Notes under the pieces: model-generated | Database searches by the model: none | What the model was told of the DNA's origin: nothing | The model's input: the letters and a program-made list of their open reading frames with translations, nothing else | Made by a program: the position numbers and the translations under genes | Shown here: in pieces, positions 35,001 to 48,224 of the stretch | How the letters are laid out: each line of letters begins with the position of its first letter | Numbering within the stretch: position 1 is the first letter of the stretch | Source: Fimbriosthenelais zetlandica | Lineage: Eukaryota | Length of the DNA: 64,000 bases | Direction of reading: 5' to 3' | Assembly (NCBI GenBank): GCA_977030845.1 | Contig: OZ365115.1 | Coordinates: forward strand, 20,956,001 to 21,020,000

Positions 35001-38000
35001 TGGGACGTTTTTATACTTTAGGAAATTCTTGTTATAGCTGGATTAAAAAAATTGGAATACTCAAAAAAAATCAAGGAAAAAAGTAAAGACTATAGGGGCT
35101 CTGATTGATATCTGTTCAAGGCTTGGTAAAGGTGATAACTTGGTGAAAGCCAACACTCGTGTCGAAGACTGGCATTGGCTCTTTTCTTTTCTGGGTGTAG
35201 TTCTTTTCATTATGGTGCTCATTGTGATGTTATAATTAGGATAAATTTGTATCCGCGCCCCCTCAGGTGGACATGATGAGTTAGTGTAAGATAAAGATGA
35301 TGTCATAGCACTTCACGTTTACCTTAGTCATGACTCCGACATGACGTCACCTCGTTTGGAAAGAAACATCTTATGTGTGGGTATATGTTTTGTATATGTG
35401 CTTTTGAGCAAGTAATGAACAAATGATTCAACTTTTGGTCCCACACATAGGGCAGGGCTAATCTTTGGCTAAGCTTCTTTGAAGTGCTTGAATTTGAAAA
35501 TGCTGATTGTTGGCCCATGTGGAAAACAAGGGTGCTAAATTATCCAACCTTTGTCAGTATGCTTGTATGATGTAGTTCTAATATTCGACCTGGTGCCATA
35601 TTAATATTCCCAAACTGAAGCTTTTGATCAGACAAGAAGACAAATGCTTGTATACATATAACTAATCTTATATTATCATCTACATCAAAGTATAAATGAT
35701 ATGGTTAAGAACAGGGCACACTTGGTGACGGCATTGGCAAAAACATGTATTCCAAAATATCACTCAATGTACGTTTTCTAACAGTGATAGGTATAGTGAC
35801 AGTGACTAGTCAAGAACAAGAAGCCAGTTGAGAAGAGACGTAGCAGGTCTTTGACTATGTATGGAAGTTGTGTTCTATTCTTTGTACATACCTATAGGTA
35901 AAGCGTAAACAATATGTAAGGCACATTCTTTATTAGGTAGAAGAGGAAGAATTGGTGTTCAGTTGTTAGATGGTGCATAAAGATGGGGTAAATGGATTTT
36001 CAAACTTAAAAGGGTTCCCTCAAACCTTTTTTGTCTTGCTATCCTTTGGGCTACCATGTGGCTGGGGGAATCCCAAGCCAGCATGTTGTGAACTGAAATT
36101 CCAAGGTTTACATGCTCAAAGATTCAAAACAGCAAATGTTTGTGTTCGGAGCTGCAAATTTTTCCAGCATACATACTTGAGGAGTGATATACACCTATAG
36201 AGTATACATGATGCCACCTTTATTTGGAAAACAAATTAATGATGAATAAGCAGGGATAGAATCATTTCATTACAAACACATCACCTATTATTAGTACTGT
36301 TTCATAAGTAGGAGCTCTTTATTGCAATTTCCCGTTGTAACATAGAGTGCACGTATGTTAATTGCTCCATCTTGAGCACTTGTACAGGGATGATCACTCA
36401 AATCCGCACTTTTTTATTCTTGCGGTTGGGCTTTTATTGAGAGTTAAGGCAAACGAAGCATAACTGTATGAAGAGGGTAAAAATAGCAGATTTTCTTAAT
36501 CTTAGAAGTAACCCATTAACTAGGTGGGCTAGACTGGACACTATGAATGGCAGCTCGCGTTTCAGACGCCGAAGGCTTTGTGAAAGTCTTTTTTTGAATG
36601 AGTAAAAATACATGTACACAAACGAATTAATGTTGAGAATCAGGTAGTCAAAAGCCAGTTTTGTTTTTCCATGAGTCCTTGGCGTCTGAGACTAAAGCAC
36701 GCCCCCCACTTTATGACGTCATCAAAACTGGGGTCCTGTGGGAGCGCAAGGCCCTGCACTAGGGACAAATGCAGTCATTGCAAGAACAAAACAAATATCC
36801 ATGTAGTTGGAAAGGAATATGACATTTTATTGCTTTTTTCTACCGACAACCTTTTCCAACTGAGCAAGCGAGCAGCAGAAAATGTTGTATTGTAGCCATG
36901 CCAGTTTTACCCTGTCTTTTTGTCTCTGTTTATTCTCAATGTTGGATGTCTCCTTTTAAAAAATGTGCACGTGCTGCGTTTTGCGTCATCCTTGACCAAT
37001 CGAGTATGTTTGAGAGGGAACGAGAAAGAAATGCCGCTGATTGTAGAAAAAACATTGTATGGATACATACTGTAATTCATATATACATAGTGTAGTGGCA
37101 GAAAATGTGGACGTGGAGGCCTGGGGGATATATATATATAGTATGTCAATTGGTAGGAAAATCTGACAAAAACAGTCTTTCTTGTTTGAACAGAACTTGC
37201 GAGTTTTATATGACATATGTATAAAGACAAATACTGCGGGTAGTTTGAAATATCCCAGAAAAATCATTTGTGGGCATGCATTTTTAAAGCAGACCCAGAT
37301 ATATTTGCAATGTGACTTCTGAAATCGTCCTTATACCCTCCGGAACACACCTTAGTAAGCATCTGTTCATAAGGATATGTAAGGTCGGTTATAGAAATCA
37401 CGTGGACCGTCAGTTTCCTATCATTTCATGGGTACACTTTTTCCTTTTTTAACAAATATATATTTACTCCCGATTTGCCCGCATTTATCCCACTGTTGAC
37501 CCTTTAGAATGAGCACTGTTAATATCTTATATATAATAATGAGGATAATGAAGATAATTACAGTTATAATGATGGTAGATTTTAAATGATAATAGATATA
37601 ATGATGATGATTATGGAGACCAGTAGACCTATACTCAACCTGAAAGTAATGAAACTCTCTAGCTGTTCAGGACCTGAGTAGGTCTATACATAGGTTATGT
37701 ACAAATGTGCCCAAATCCATTTATGTATTGATGTTGTGACGAGTTGTTATGTTGAGTTAAAACACATTGGTGAGTCCGATTGATTAACTGTAAGCGTACT
37801 AATTGTATTCATTATATGTGTGTGTACTTTCTTAATCTTAATTGTCATATGTTCACCTTTAATTGACAGGGAACGTTACATATATAAGGCCATTTAGCCT
37901 TTTGGGGCCAGAGTGGTATCACCCAATGTTAATGCCATTTCCCATTGGTAGAAGGAGGTGGAGAGGAATAGATTGGGAATGTAGAAGCCTCCAAATTATG

Positions 38001-39964
38001 CTGTACAACACTAAATACCAGAACCTACACAAACGATAGCAGAGAATTTTCAAGCAATAGTAGGAAAATTAACCAATTATGAAGGCTTGTATTGACTATC
38101 AATAGTATCAACTCACAGTCATTTCCAAATGAAAGTGCATAACTCAAAAGTTATGAACTAATTATAAACTTTCCATGGGCATTGCTAGGCCTTAAACTAG
38201 GCTATGTTTAAAACATAAACAATTGAAAGACTTGGATATACTTTATGCAAATAGTACGATTGCTCACTATTTGCGAAAGTAGTATTTATTGAAAAGGCTG
38301 AAATTTAAAAAAAAATGTTACAGAACAGAGAAAATGCTGAGTGATATTATAATCGTAGTACGGTAGTGCCTTCTCCGGCTGTTAACTAATGCCTATATAT
38401 GTGGTTAAAAAAAGAGTGAATTTACCGATAGAAATAAGGTCGCAACACCTAAGTTTGAAGTTAGTCAAATAAGACTGGTACTTCGGTGTCTAAAAGGTGC
38501 GCTTTTACCTGTATGAAATGCCATGCAATGGCAAGAACTGTTAAATCAAGAAAGAGATTGTAGGAATCTGAGTAGAAAGAGGAAACAAATCCCAAGGTTA
38601 TATTTTCTGGTGCTGTGTGCGAGTGGTGCGTGAATGGTCAATTTACATATTATTGGAGACAGTTTATTATTAATGTGTGACATTTAAATGATTTTAGTAT
38701 TTTTTATCCTGAGCATTTTATCATATGTCTAACATTCCTGTTACATTGTGCTACAACCTTGCACTATTTGGGATATTCGTCTTGCCACTGGGATAGGTAA
38801 CACCCTATGAGGAAAATTAGAAATTGAAGTGAAATTTAGACTGTAATGAATAATAATTGCATAGCAATACAGACACCAGAGTGATGATGCATCACTGGTG
38901 AAAGTCCCTGTACTTAAGTCCAAGCCTGTCAGTACAAAAGAAAGGGAGAAATCATTTAAAATCCAGTCATTCAGCAAATCCAAAATATGTCTTGCTGAGA
39001 CTATAAAATGGCATTCTTCGAGTATTTCTATGTAGTGATATCAAGGTTTAGAACCGTAAGAATTATGAAAGCAGCTAAAGAGGCCCTAAAAGTTATGTGA
39101 TTCTTTTCAGAATCGGATATTGGGAATTTTAATCCAAATTCGTGTTGTAAAGATTTGACTTATGGCCTCAAAACCCTCTGTACAGGCTTGAAAGCATTCG
39201 TTAACTTCCCGCTAATGAGATCTGCATCTTTCCTATATATACCATGACAGTGACTTCCAGAGCACTTTAATCAACAAAGCCATTATAATATTTGTCTAAT
39301 TTTTATTAAAGCAATGGTTCATTTTGTTCTTTTATTTGCATTTGGAAATGAACTAAGGTTGTTTTTTTTCCTATGAAGATGGAAATGATCCCAACCATTT
39401 TATTTAGTACTCTACAACAATTTAAACTGTAAATATTGGTCTTAACTTTATGTCCTCTTGCTGTCTACATGCATGATCTCACATGTGTTATAGCCCTTGA
39501 TCGCCAGTGTTTTTGTAAGTTCACTTCCAATCAGGCACTGGATATTCTGGTGCCTGTCATCTATTGAGGCATTGGTTTTTGTAAGACCATCTAAAATGGT
39601 ATATTTGTAAGTTTATCACTTATTTAAGAGCTCTTGAAAACAGACACTGTGTAGTGATACAAGATGCTAATCATTAGCATGTCAGAAAATAAATTATTCT
39701 TATTATATGATGAAAAGTGCTCATTAACAGCCAAAGCTGTATAAAAAAAACTCTTTGCGTTTAGATTATTATAGTATGTTAACTTTTATTCTAGTGCATG
39801 GTTACTTCCCAAAGCATTTGTTTGATTTGCACAATCTTATTTTGTACGGGAAATAAATAAGTGTGAAAGTGTAGAAATGGAATGTATGCATGGGAGAGAG
39901 AGAGTCACCAGTGGGTACTGTGAGAACTACACCGAAGGAGGGCAGAACCACATGGTACTAATTA

Positions 39965-40258
39965 TGACGTCATCTGATGTCGGATCTGACGTCATATTTG
40001 TTCTGCATTTGTTGAAATGCAAGGCTATTTATTAAGTCATTAGTTAACTGTTTCATGAACATCCAAAACCTGCTAAACTGTTTACTTATCATAATGGAAA
40101 TGTATGTAAAAAGGGAAATATCTGTTTTTTCCATCTCTCCTTTGTGACATCATAAACACAAAGTGACGTCACTGTACTAAGACATTGGTATACCACAGCA
40201 ATTACCCATTTACACTAAGTCTTGTAACTGTGACATCACTAGGTCATCGGTGACATCA
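39965..40258. promoter_or_regulatory. Second CRE-like cluster (TGACGTCA and TGACATCA)
   Basis: TGACGTCA at 39965, 39987 and 40164; TGACATCA at 40145, 40231 and 40251. Confidence 0.4.
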
Positions 40259-41200
40259 TTCACCAAGTCAGGTTTTTAGGATTGGATGATTTCAGTAGAC
40301 GGTCATGTGACACTAAAGAAATGCAGCTCTGTTTTTTGTAAATCTACGCACATAGATTATTCATAAAGATATCACTGGATATATACATAAAGTACAGAGC
40401 CGTACTGTTTAATTGGAGGCACTACATCTAGCAGGAATGGCTTCAAACATATGCATCTCATCATCACTGTAGTGTATATTTGTGTACATGTCTGTATGTA
40501 ACCATGTGTTGACCTTGACATGTATAATGTAATATAATTGTACACACATGTCAATTTTGATGGCCGAATCACGTGACCTATTTACGTGTTCTGGTTTTCA
40601 CCATTAGTTCACGAAGAAAGATGGTGTTTTACTTATATGGCGACCTTGTCTTTTTATCATCAGTCGCTATATATACATATACATATATATACAATAATTA
40701 TGTAAACAAGTACAGACTTTACAATGACCTAGATATTTTGTATTATCTACCCAATCCCCTGGGCTTTTACATTGGGGTCGCAGAGTATGCTCAATAAAAA
40801 GAGGAGTATTAAACCATCTGATTGGCTGGAGAAAAGACCGCTAGTGACATCATGGGCAGAGTAGTAATTGAAACGCATGGCCTGCCATAAGACAGATTGT
40901 AAACGTAAGAGGTTTGTGTACATGTGGCTTGCCATAGGTCAGAAAGTGAGATCTCGATGTGAACCTGTTGCCATGATGAATGATGTGGCTTAAAAAAACA
41001 TCAAGACACAAATTTATCCACGATTAATGCTTGTAACATTTAATGGAAAGAAAAAATATCAAATTTGGAGAGTGAAAAAATAACAAAGAGAATGGAAGGT
41101 CATCAGATGTGTACATAGTTTGGAATGGAGAGTCTTACGTATCTCGGCCCAGGCCCAGCCTCAGCCCAGCTGAACTAGGGTGAGAGGGCCTTGGGTCTAA

Positions 41201-41230
41201 AGGTCAAGGCCGGTTGGAGGTCAGAGGTCA
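41201..41230 (+). promoter_or_regulatory. Perfect nuclear-receptor DR1 (AGGTCA-G-AGGTCA) with a third half-site upstream
   Basis: AGGTCA at 41201, 41218 and 41225. Confidence 0.35.
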
Positions 41231-43763
41231 AAAGTGTTACAAAAAAAGAGCACATAAGGAGATTTCCAGTAAAAGCCCATGTTTACAAAGCTTCATGGTT
41301 AAAAAAAGCTTCCTTAATTTGAGGTTACTTTATTTTTATTGTTGGCCTTATCGTCCCCGCTTGATAGCTCCAAGCTTTTGGTGAATAAAGTTTGATAGAA
41401 AAAAATATCCTTGCATTTGTTTTACTTGCATGAAGAAATTTCAATTATGATGTAACCTATTCTGTGTTGGAGATATTCCATAAACTTGTTGATTTATGAC
41501 TCTCATTAAAATTATTCTTTTTTCATGAGGGAAGCCCTGACAATGTTTTACCACGAGTAAAACAATGGTAAATCTGAGCCAGTTTGATATAAACATGACA
41601 CTATCCCCTATTCCCAAAAGAGAAGGCGCATTTTATTGGGAAAATAAAATAGTTTCATAGGCTTTATGGCAAAGCTTTTTGTTGGGGGACCTGGAGCATG
41701 TCTCCTAATAAAGATGTGTTGTAATGACATGTGGTGACCCTGGGCTAATATTGCATTTTGTCCTGAAACGGACCCTTTAGGTCTCTTTATCCCTTCAAAA
41801 AGTTTCCAAATACAAAACATAGGCCATTTTATAGCTGTAGCCATTTGCATGCTTATACAAGGAGGCTGCAATTAAAACGTGACTGGGTGGGCAGGAGGAC
41901 GCATGACAGGAGAGATGGTATTGGGCAGTGTGGTTATCCATCGCATGGCTTAAAGAGCAGCATGACGGCGGAGAAAAAATATATAAGAGGAAGAAGCGAG
42001 AGTGGTCATAAGCAGTTCATAACAGCTACAACAACTTCTGAGCAGATCCCCGGAGAAGATGTGAACAGATCGTTAAAGCTCTCTACTGGAGTAAGATCTG
42101 CTGAAGGGGGCCAATAGACTCCAGATTGACCAGGACCAGCGGTTCATAACAGCTACAATTGCTTCTGAGCAGTTGTGAGCAGATCAGTGACTATTGATAT
42201 GAAATGCGATAGGGTACATTTTAAAGAGCAAAGGGGGACGGGTGTGATGGGCATACTGGAGGGTGGGTAGGGGTGGCAGGATGGCCACCCAGGGATGGGA
42301 ATGTGGGGGTATTGGGGAGGGTATTCATATCATTCTAAAATTGTTTATTTCCTTAATTTCAAAGTGGGGTATATGGCCAGGTCCACATCTTCCCCTTCTA
42401 CCCATTCCTCCTCTCAAAAATGAAGGGAATATTTTGTATGGCCCAAATTCTTGTCAATCATAACAATATTCTCACTCCACATGTCGCATTTTCATTCGGG
42501 GTCATTCTGAAGTTTGGTGAACATTTATATAATCATACAGATAATATTGATTAACCATTGTTATGGAAATGTCGATTGATTATGGAAATCTTGATAATTG
42601 TCCTCCATGATCCTCCATGTGAATGGCGTTTCAGGTGTTTTATAATTCTCAAGAAGCTGGGCCAGCTTTGCTGTCTATACTCCATGCATGTTAGTACGTT
42701 AGGTGTCTTCTAGATGAAGTAGACAATCAGAGACGTTAAGTTAAATTATCTTCATAAGCGATAGGATAGAGAGAGGGAAAGAGAAAGAGAGAGAGGAATA
42801 TGCCAAGTCAGCATTTAGAACACACCTCACTATAGCATAGCAGCTACTTAATGAGCTAAGCGTTTTTATACCTCTCAAAACAAATGACAACCGTGAGAAA
42901 TAAATACCATAAAGATAAATAAAAGAGTCATCTCACACAAAATGGATGCAACTGGGATATCTCTACGTTAAAGCTTGTGTAAGGGGGAGGGTATATATAG
43001 GTGCATAAGAACGCCTACCATGCGTTTAGATATAGGTGTATTATAATAGTACTATAGATAAAATATAGCCATAGTTAAGCACAGCAAATTCTGTGCTGGT
43101 GGGAAGGCGCTTCTTTACCTCATCTGTTGTATTGCTTTTATAGCGTCTTTTGTAGTAATACTTCCACAAAGCTTCTGGACACCATTTTGCTTTTTGTCCC
43201 GTTTCTTCTTTTTCCTCGTGTTCTTCTTTTTTGCTTTCAGTTCCGTTCTGAAACCAAGCAAGATTTGCCCCAATTATTCATCTTTATGACTCGGAGGTAG
43301 CTTTATAGCTATACTTTTCCCTTAACAATGTCAATCTATTGATATTATTTTTCTCGTATTTATGAATACATGAAGAGAAAAGAGAACTATATGAAAGTAC
43401 CGAATGTACGGGACTATAATTTTATTTGTATGAATAAGGATAGCGATTTATTCATACTTTATTCCTACATTAGCCACCATATACATGCAGTCCATTATGA
43501 AAACGTTTCCAGCTTACATATTTTATATATGGTTGAGATATAAGAAAGAAGAAGAGGGGTAGTGAATGTAAATGCGGAGGGATTTTAAAGCATTATGATC
43601 ATGAGATTCTTGGCTACCAAGATATGGTATTGCCATGGTTACCGACATTGGCAGAGCCTACCAGAGATTCTCATATCAGCCATTCATTATCAGATAGATG
43701 TTTTATAGGTAGCTGCTTGGAGGAGAAGGTGGGGGTATGGGGGTGGTTGTGATGCTGTAGTCT

Positions 43764-43811
43764 TGGTGGTGCATGGTGGTGGTGGTGGGTGGTGGTGGTG
43801 GTGGTGGTGGT
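43764..43811. repeat. (GGT)n microsatellite
   Basis: ggtggtgcatggtggtggtggtgggtggtggtggtggtggtggtggt. It explains the poly-P/T, poly-V and poly-W/G ORFs here. Confidence 0.9.
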
Positions 43812-46444
43812 TCGAGTGGTGGAGGTCTTCCTGCGCCAGTATACAAGGGACTCAACTCCACTCCCTGATTTTCATACACATTCCAATACATCTTTTTCGA
43901 CTATTATATATACCAATACTCATATTATCCATGCCTTCAATAGCCCATGCCCGGCAAGACTGTTTAAACAACAAAAAGTAAAACTGAAGAGCTACAATAC
44001 AAGGTGTCATAAGAAACTTTCACTGGTATAAGGAATAAAATGAAAACAGAAAATATTCATTTCAATGATCTTAAATTGGCATGATATTTTGAGCTGACAA
44101 CTTCGCGAGATGAATAGGCTTTTTATTTTGTTGGTATATATCATATGTACTTAGTGGTTAAATAATCATATGTAGCGATGTTGAGATTGGCTATCATTAA
44201 ATATGGACATACTAACTCGCAATCTGTACACGATTTATTCATGGTAAGCATGCAAAGAAAAAAGACAGAATATGATGATATAAAATGTACTTACTATTTT
44301 TAAAATTAAGTAGTGTTTAAAACTGACAATTCATATTGTGTGATAATTGTCATATCAATGAGTTTTGCGAACATATAATGCTGGGCAACATGCTTTAGCC
44401 TGGTGTTTTTCTTTAGAAATGCCAAGAAGCGTATAAAAATTGATGTTACTTGATGAAAATTGATGCTAACTGTCCGCCATTTTCTTCTTTCGTCCTCCCC
44501 TCGATTTTTGGTTTCCATAACGGCACCACTTTTGAAATTGCTAACAAGTGAAAAGATCATGTCCTAATAATAAATTGATCGTCAAAACTGGCCTTTTCGA
44601 ACAAAGTATTAAGGGTTTATGCAATGACAGAATGAGGACTTTGCCAGCGTTGTGACCTCCCCTCCTTCTCCGCCTCCTTCTTGCCCATTTTCCCCATAAA
44701 GCCCTCATCATGCATGTTCTACATGTACTTTGAGTTCAGACAATTTCTCTCAGTCCATGGTGCCATGGCGCTACTCCCCTGACACCTAGTGAGCAAATAC
44801 AGAACTAGCTTCCGCTGCTTACTATACCCTTAGTCTACCATAATATACACCAAGCTAACAATACTCATTTCAATTAATAATCAACCGACATATCATGCAG
44901 TAAACGTCTGGAAATTATGGGGTAATGTTAACATTTGTTTTTAAAAGCATATTTCGGTTTATATTCAGTGATACAGGGTTTTTTTGTGTCGGATATCTTC
45001 CAGGAAAGAAGTGCTATTTTGTCATGTGCGCAATTTTTTCCCTTCCTTTGAACTCTTCATGCAGTGAGAAGTTGTCTTAAAGAATCCTCCATATAGGCTC
45101 AAAAATCCCCATATTTACATAAGCATGTATATTTCGTTTTGGATGGGTCCAAATTACAAGGGGAAAGCTGGAGTTAGATAGATTGAAGGATTTCAGGTCT
45201 TGGATTTGGAGAAATATTAGGTGGTGTTTTTCCACGCAGTCAAGCTAGTGATGGAGGTGGAGGAGGAGGGGCTGTATCCCTACGCAGTGCTTGACTGATG
45301 GGCGGATTACAGATCTCATTAGAGTATATCACTGCGCGCATGTTTTATGAAAATTTTGGTCCTGCTTTTGATCAGATCAGAGTTTGTCTTTCCTTATCCT
45401 TGCCAGAAAACTTCCAAGCACGACCTCCGTTACTGGTCGTCTCGGAAACCTGACACATGTGACACACACAGCTTCCAATCAGCTCCAGCTTTACAAGCTA
45501 ACGCACACATGATGCATCTCCCAGCCCTGTTTTTTGTTCCCCTTCAGCTGTGATTTGGAAATATTAATCATAAGACCCGAGTCTGATTCATATTAATCTC
45601 AAGATTCCTGATTGGTATATATTTATGTGGGCGGGCCAAAAGCAGGGCGCCCCAAGTGGAAAGAAGGGGGTGAGGATTGAAAAGATGGGTATGCTGCAGT
45701 ATTGTGCAGTATTGGGTGATCGATCGTGCCTATATTGAATGCCCTATATTGTTTCTGGCCATCTAAAGACTCAAAACTATAAGTATTTTCTATAAAGACT
45801 AGCCTCTCAAAGCAAGATATATTACAGTTCCCTAATGCTAAATTTGTTCCTTACAGGGATGTATATCTGAGTATAACTAACCTACACCGATCCCAGCATA
45901 AAACCAAACCGAGAGGACATAATATCCCACACTAAAATTATTAAAATTGGACCTGGAAACAGAAACGGCATAAAGATTCTACTAATAGATTATGGATTTT
46001 CGTCTCTCACATGCCACACCATGTGCATCTTCAACCCTCTCTCCCCCACCCAACCCCAATCCTTCAGCACCATCCTTATCCCAGTCGCCCACTAGATTAC
46101 GAGGGATGCTGCCATCGTGTCAACTCAATTCCATCATATTAATAAACCACGACATAGATAATTCCAAATAGCGCGGTGGGAAGCTTCAATTATGCACCTT
46201 AATTATCAGCTTTGGTTATTCACGTATCTCTATTTTAATGGGTTTTTTAAACGTCCACAAATTGGACACGGATCCTTGTGGTATAGATAAGGGTGGAGAG
46301 GGTTTGAAAAGAGGAGATGAGAGTTGCAGTAGTAGAGGAAGGAAATATATTATATATTAACATGTAGGTATCTGTATAGCTGCACTTTCCTTGAGAAGCT
46401 CACGTTTATAGTTATTTAGTACAATGTCATACTTGTGCTGTGAT

Positions 46445-46515
46445 CGTGCTTTATAGCCGTGCATTATAAGCTATAATGCACGGTGGGAGCGTGCATTATA
46501 GCTTATAATGCACGG
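46445..46515. repeat. Two adjacent imperfect palindromes that are reverse complements of each other
   Basis: ccgtgcattataagctataatgcacgg (46457-46483) and cgtgcattatagcttataatgcacgg (46490-46515), with a degenerate half-unit cgtgctttatag at 46445. Confidence 0.85.
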
Positions 46516-46803
46516 TTAGTTTTAGTCTAAGTTTAGTTATGTTTACAATTTGGTTGATAGTTGTTTGCGTTTGAATATATAGGTCAGGAAAGAATCAAGG
46601 AGAAAATCTGAATGGTAGTAATTGACCTCCTTGGCCAAGGCCTGGTCTGAGAATAGATCTGGGTGACATATGAAGTGTTTGGGGGAGGGAGGAATGGATT
46701 GGCAAACGTCTGGTACAATGTTATGATTTCGAAAAATGGTCAAAATCTCACTTAAAATGTAATGAATCATTTTGAAACTTGCAGAGAAGATATGTTATAC
46801 AAA

Positions 46804-46921
46804 TAGACCCTTTGTTGGTTGAGCGTGAGACCCGTCTAGTGCGTAAATATATACTCGAGCGCGTGAGCGCGAGAGTATATACGCACTAGACGGGGCGAAC
46901 GCGAAACCAACAAAGGGTCTA
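46804..46921. mobile_element. About 118-bp foldback (hairpin) element, probably a non-autonomous DNA-transposon fragment, family unassigned
   Basis: Nested inverted arms: tagaccctttgttggtt/aaccaacaaagggtcta (17 bp), cccgtctagtgcg/cgcactagacggg (13 bp) and tatatactc/gagtatata (9 bp), around a gagcgcgtgagcgcga centre. It is CpG-rich relative to the flanks. The hairpin is directly visible; the transposon call is inference. Confidence 0.55.
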
Positions 46922-47895
46922 ATTGCTTTAGTCCCCGGCACACATTTAACCCCTTCACCTGTCATCGATACAGAACTTTTAATGCCATAAATCATGTTTT
47001 ATTAACCATTTCCTTCACCTGTCTCCTAACATTGTCATACCTTGTTCACAAGCCTGTATGTACCCTGTGTGCTCATGTCCTAACTTTTCCACTCATGACC
47101 CACTTCAAGTCTTCCACACACCGAAGCACCCCTCTCCTGGTCAGTACACACAATAACCAACACCACTGTCATCCCCGAATCCTCGATACAATGTCAATTT
47201 GGATGGCTGGAACTTCACCAATTGACCATTGTCTTCCTCTTGATGCTGTACTATGAGTGATATTGTTATTCTATGGGTGGTATAGACAATGGTAAATGAA
47301 TGACAGGCAACCAACACAAGTCCCACGTCATGCTTACTATCCTATCACTTGCCTCACCTCACCACTGATGCACTTGTCCCTGCTCTCCTCCACAGGGCCA
47401 ACACACCTACCGACTCCTATACATCCACCTCTGCCAAACCTACCCACCCCTCCTGCTTATGTAGGTCAAACAGACATACTCTTCATATTTACATGACTTC
47501 ATTCCTCTCATTATCCCTCAAGCACGATATTCCATTTATAATCCTAGTACAGCGAAGTATAACGCTATTGACACATCTCCTTCACTGCAAATATGTACGA
47601 TTATCATTAGCTACTTTCATTTTACACACACACTACCACCCTAAGTCCTCTCTCCCACTGCCTGGTCCTGACATGAGTCAGCTGCATCCTTCGTCCTTAT
47701 CTAGGTCAAACACGGCCGATTTCATTGGTTCACGAGCGGTCATATATACTCTCATAATGACCACCTACTTACTGAAATATTGACCTCCCAGAGCCTCAGA
47801 GGGGACTAAAAGATGGATAGGTATGTACTAAGGCCTCATTCACTATAACTCATATGGCACGACTACCGAGTATAGCCGTGATATATGCCCTATAC

Positions 47896-48224
47896 CGCCA
47901 CCGCGGTGGTGTAGTGGTTAGAGTGTCCGCCCCGTGTGTGGAAGGTCGCTGGTTCGAACCGCGGCCGGGTCATACCAAAGACTGAAAAAATGGGACTACT
48001 GGCTCCCTCGCTTGGCACTCAGCAAAAGAGGACAGTACTAGGACTGGTCAACCCGGTGTCAGTATAATGTGACTGGGTGAGATATCATGTGATGTGCCTG
48101 CGACATGATACCTCACTGAGGCAGCACTATAAAAGAGCATTGGGCTCACTGTCACAAGTAGGCACCGTCATGATATAACTGAAAAATTGTTCAAAAGTGA
48201 CGTTAAACCCCATTCAATCAATCA
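47896..48224 (+). mobile_element. Full-length tRNA-derived SINE (about 330 bp), resembling MetaSINE/RUDI-type elements
   Basis: Pol III A box TGGTGTAGTGG (47907-47917) and B box GGTTCGAACC (47951-47960). The body gggtcataccaaagact...gcttggcactcagca and the 3' end ccgtcatgatataactgaaaaattgtt...gacgttaaacc are followed by a (CAAT)n tail. It is flanked by an exact 13-bp TSD, ATATGCCCTATAC (47883-47895 and 48225-48237). The family name is from recall, not a search. Confidence 0.9.

Noticed and set aside
41924-41936. 13-nt match to the 5' part of miR-34 (GGCAGTGTGGTTA)
   Set aside because: The match stops at 13 nt, the rest of the mature sequence differs, and I see no complementary hairpin arm.
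43703-44031. Poly-Pro/Thr, poly-Val and poly-Trp ORFs
   Set aside because: These are readings of the (GGT)n microsatellite.
47030-47800. C/A-rich region with weak internal similarity (taggtcaaaca twice) and a 144-aa ORF
   Set aside because: It is too degenerate to define a unit, and it has no reverse-transcriptase or transposase motifs.
47896-47970. tRNA gene
   Set aside because: A and B boxes are present but I see no convincing full cloverleaf. It runs directly into a SINE body, tail and TSD.
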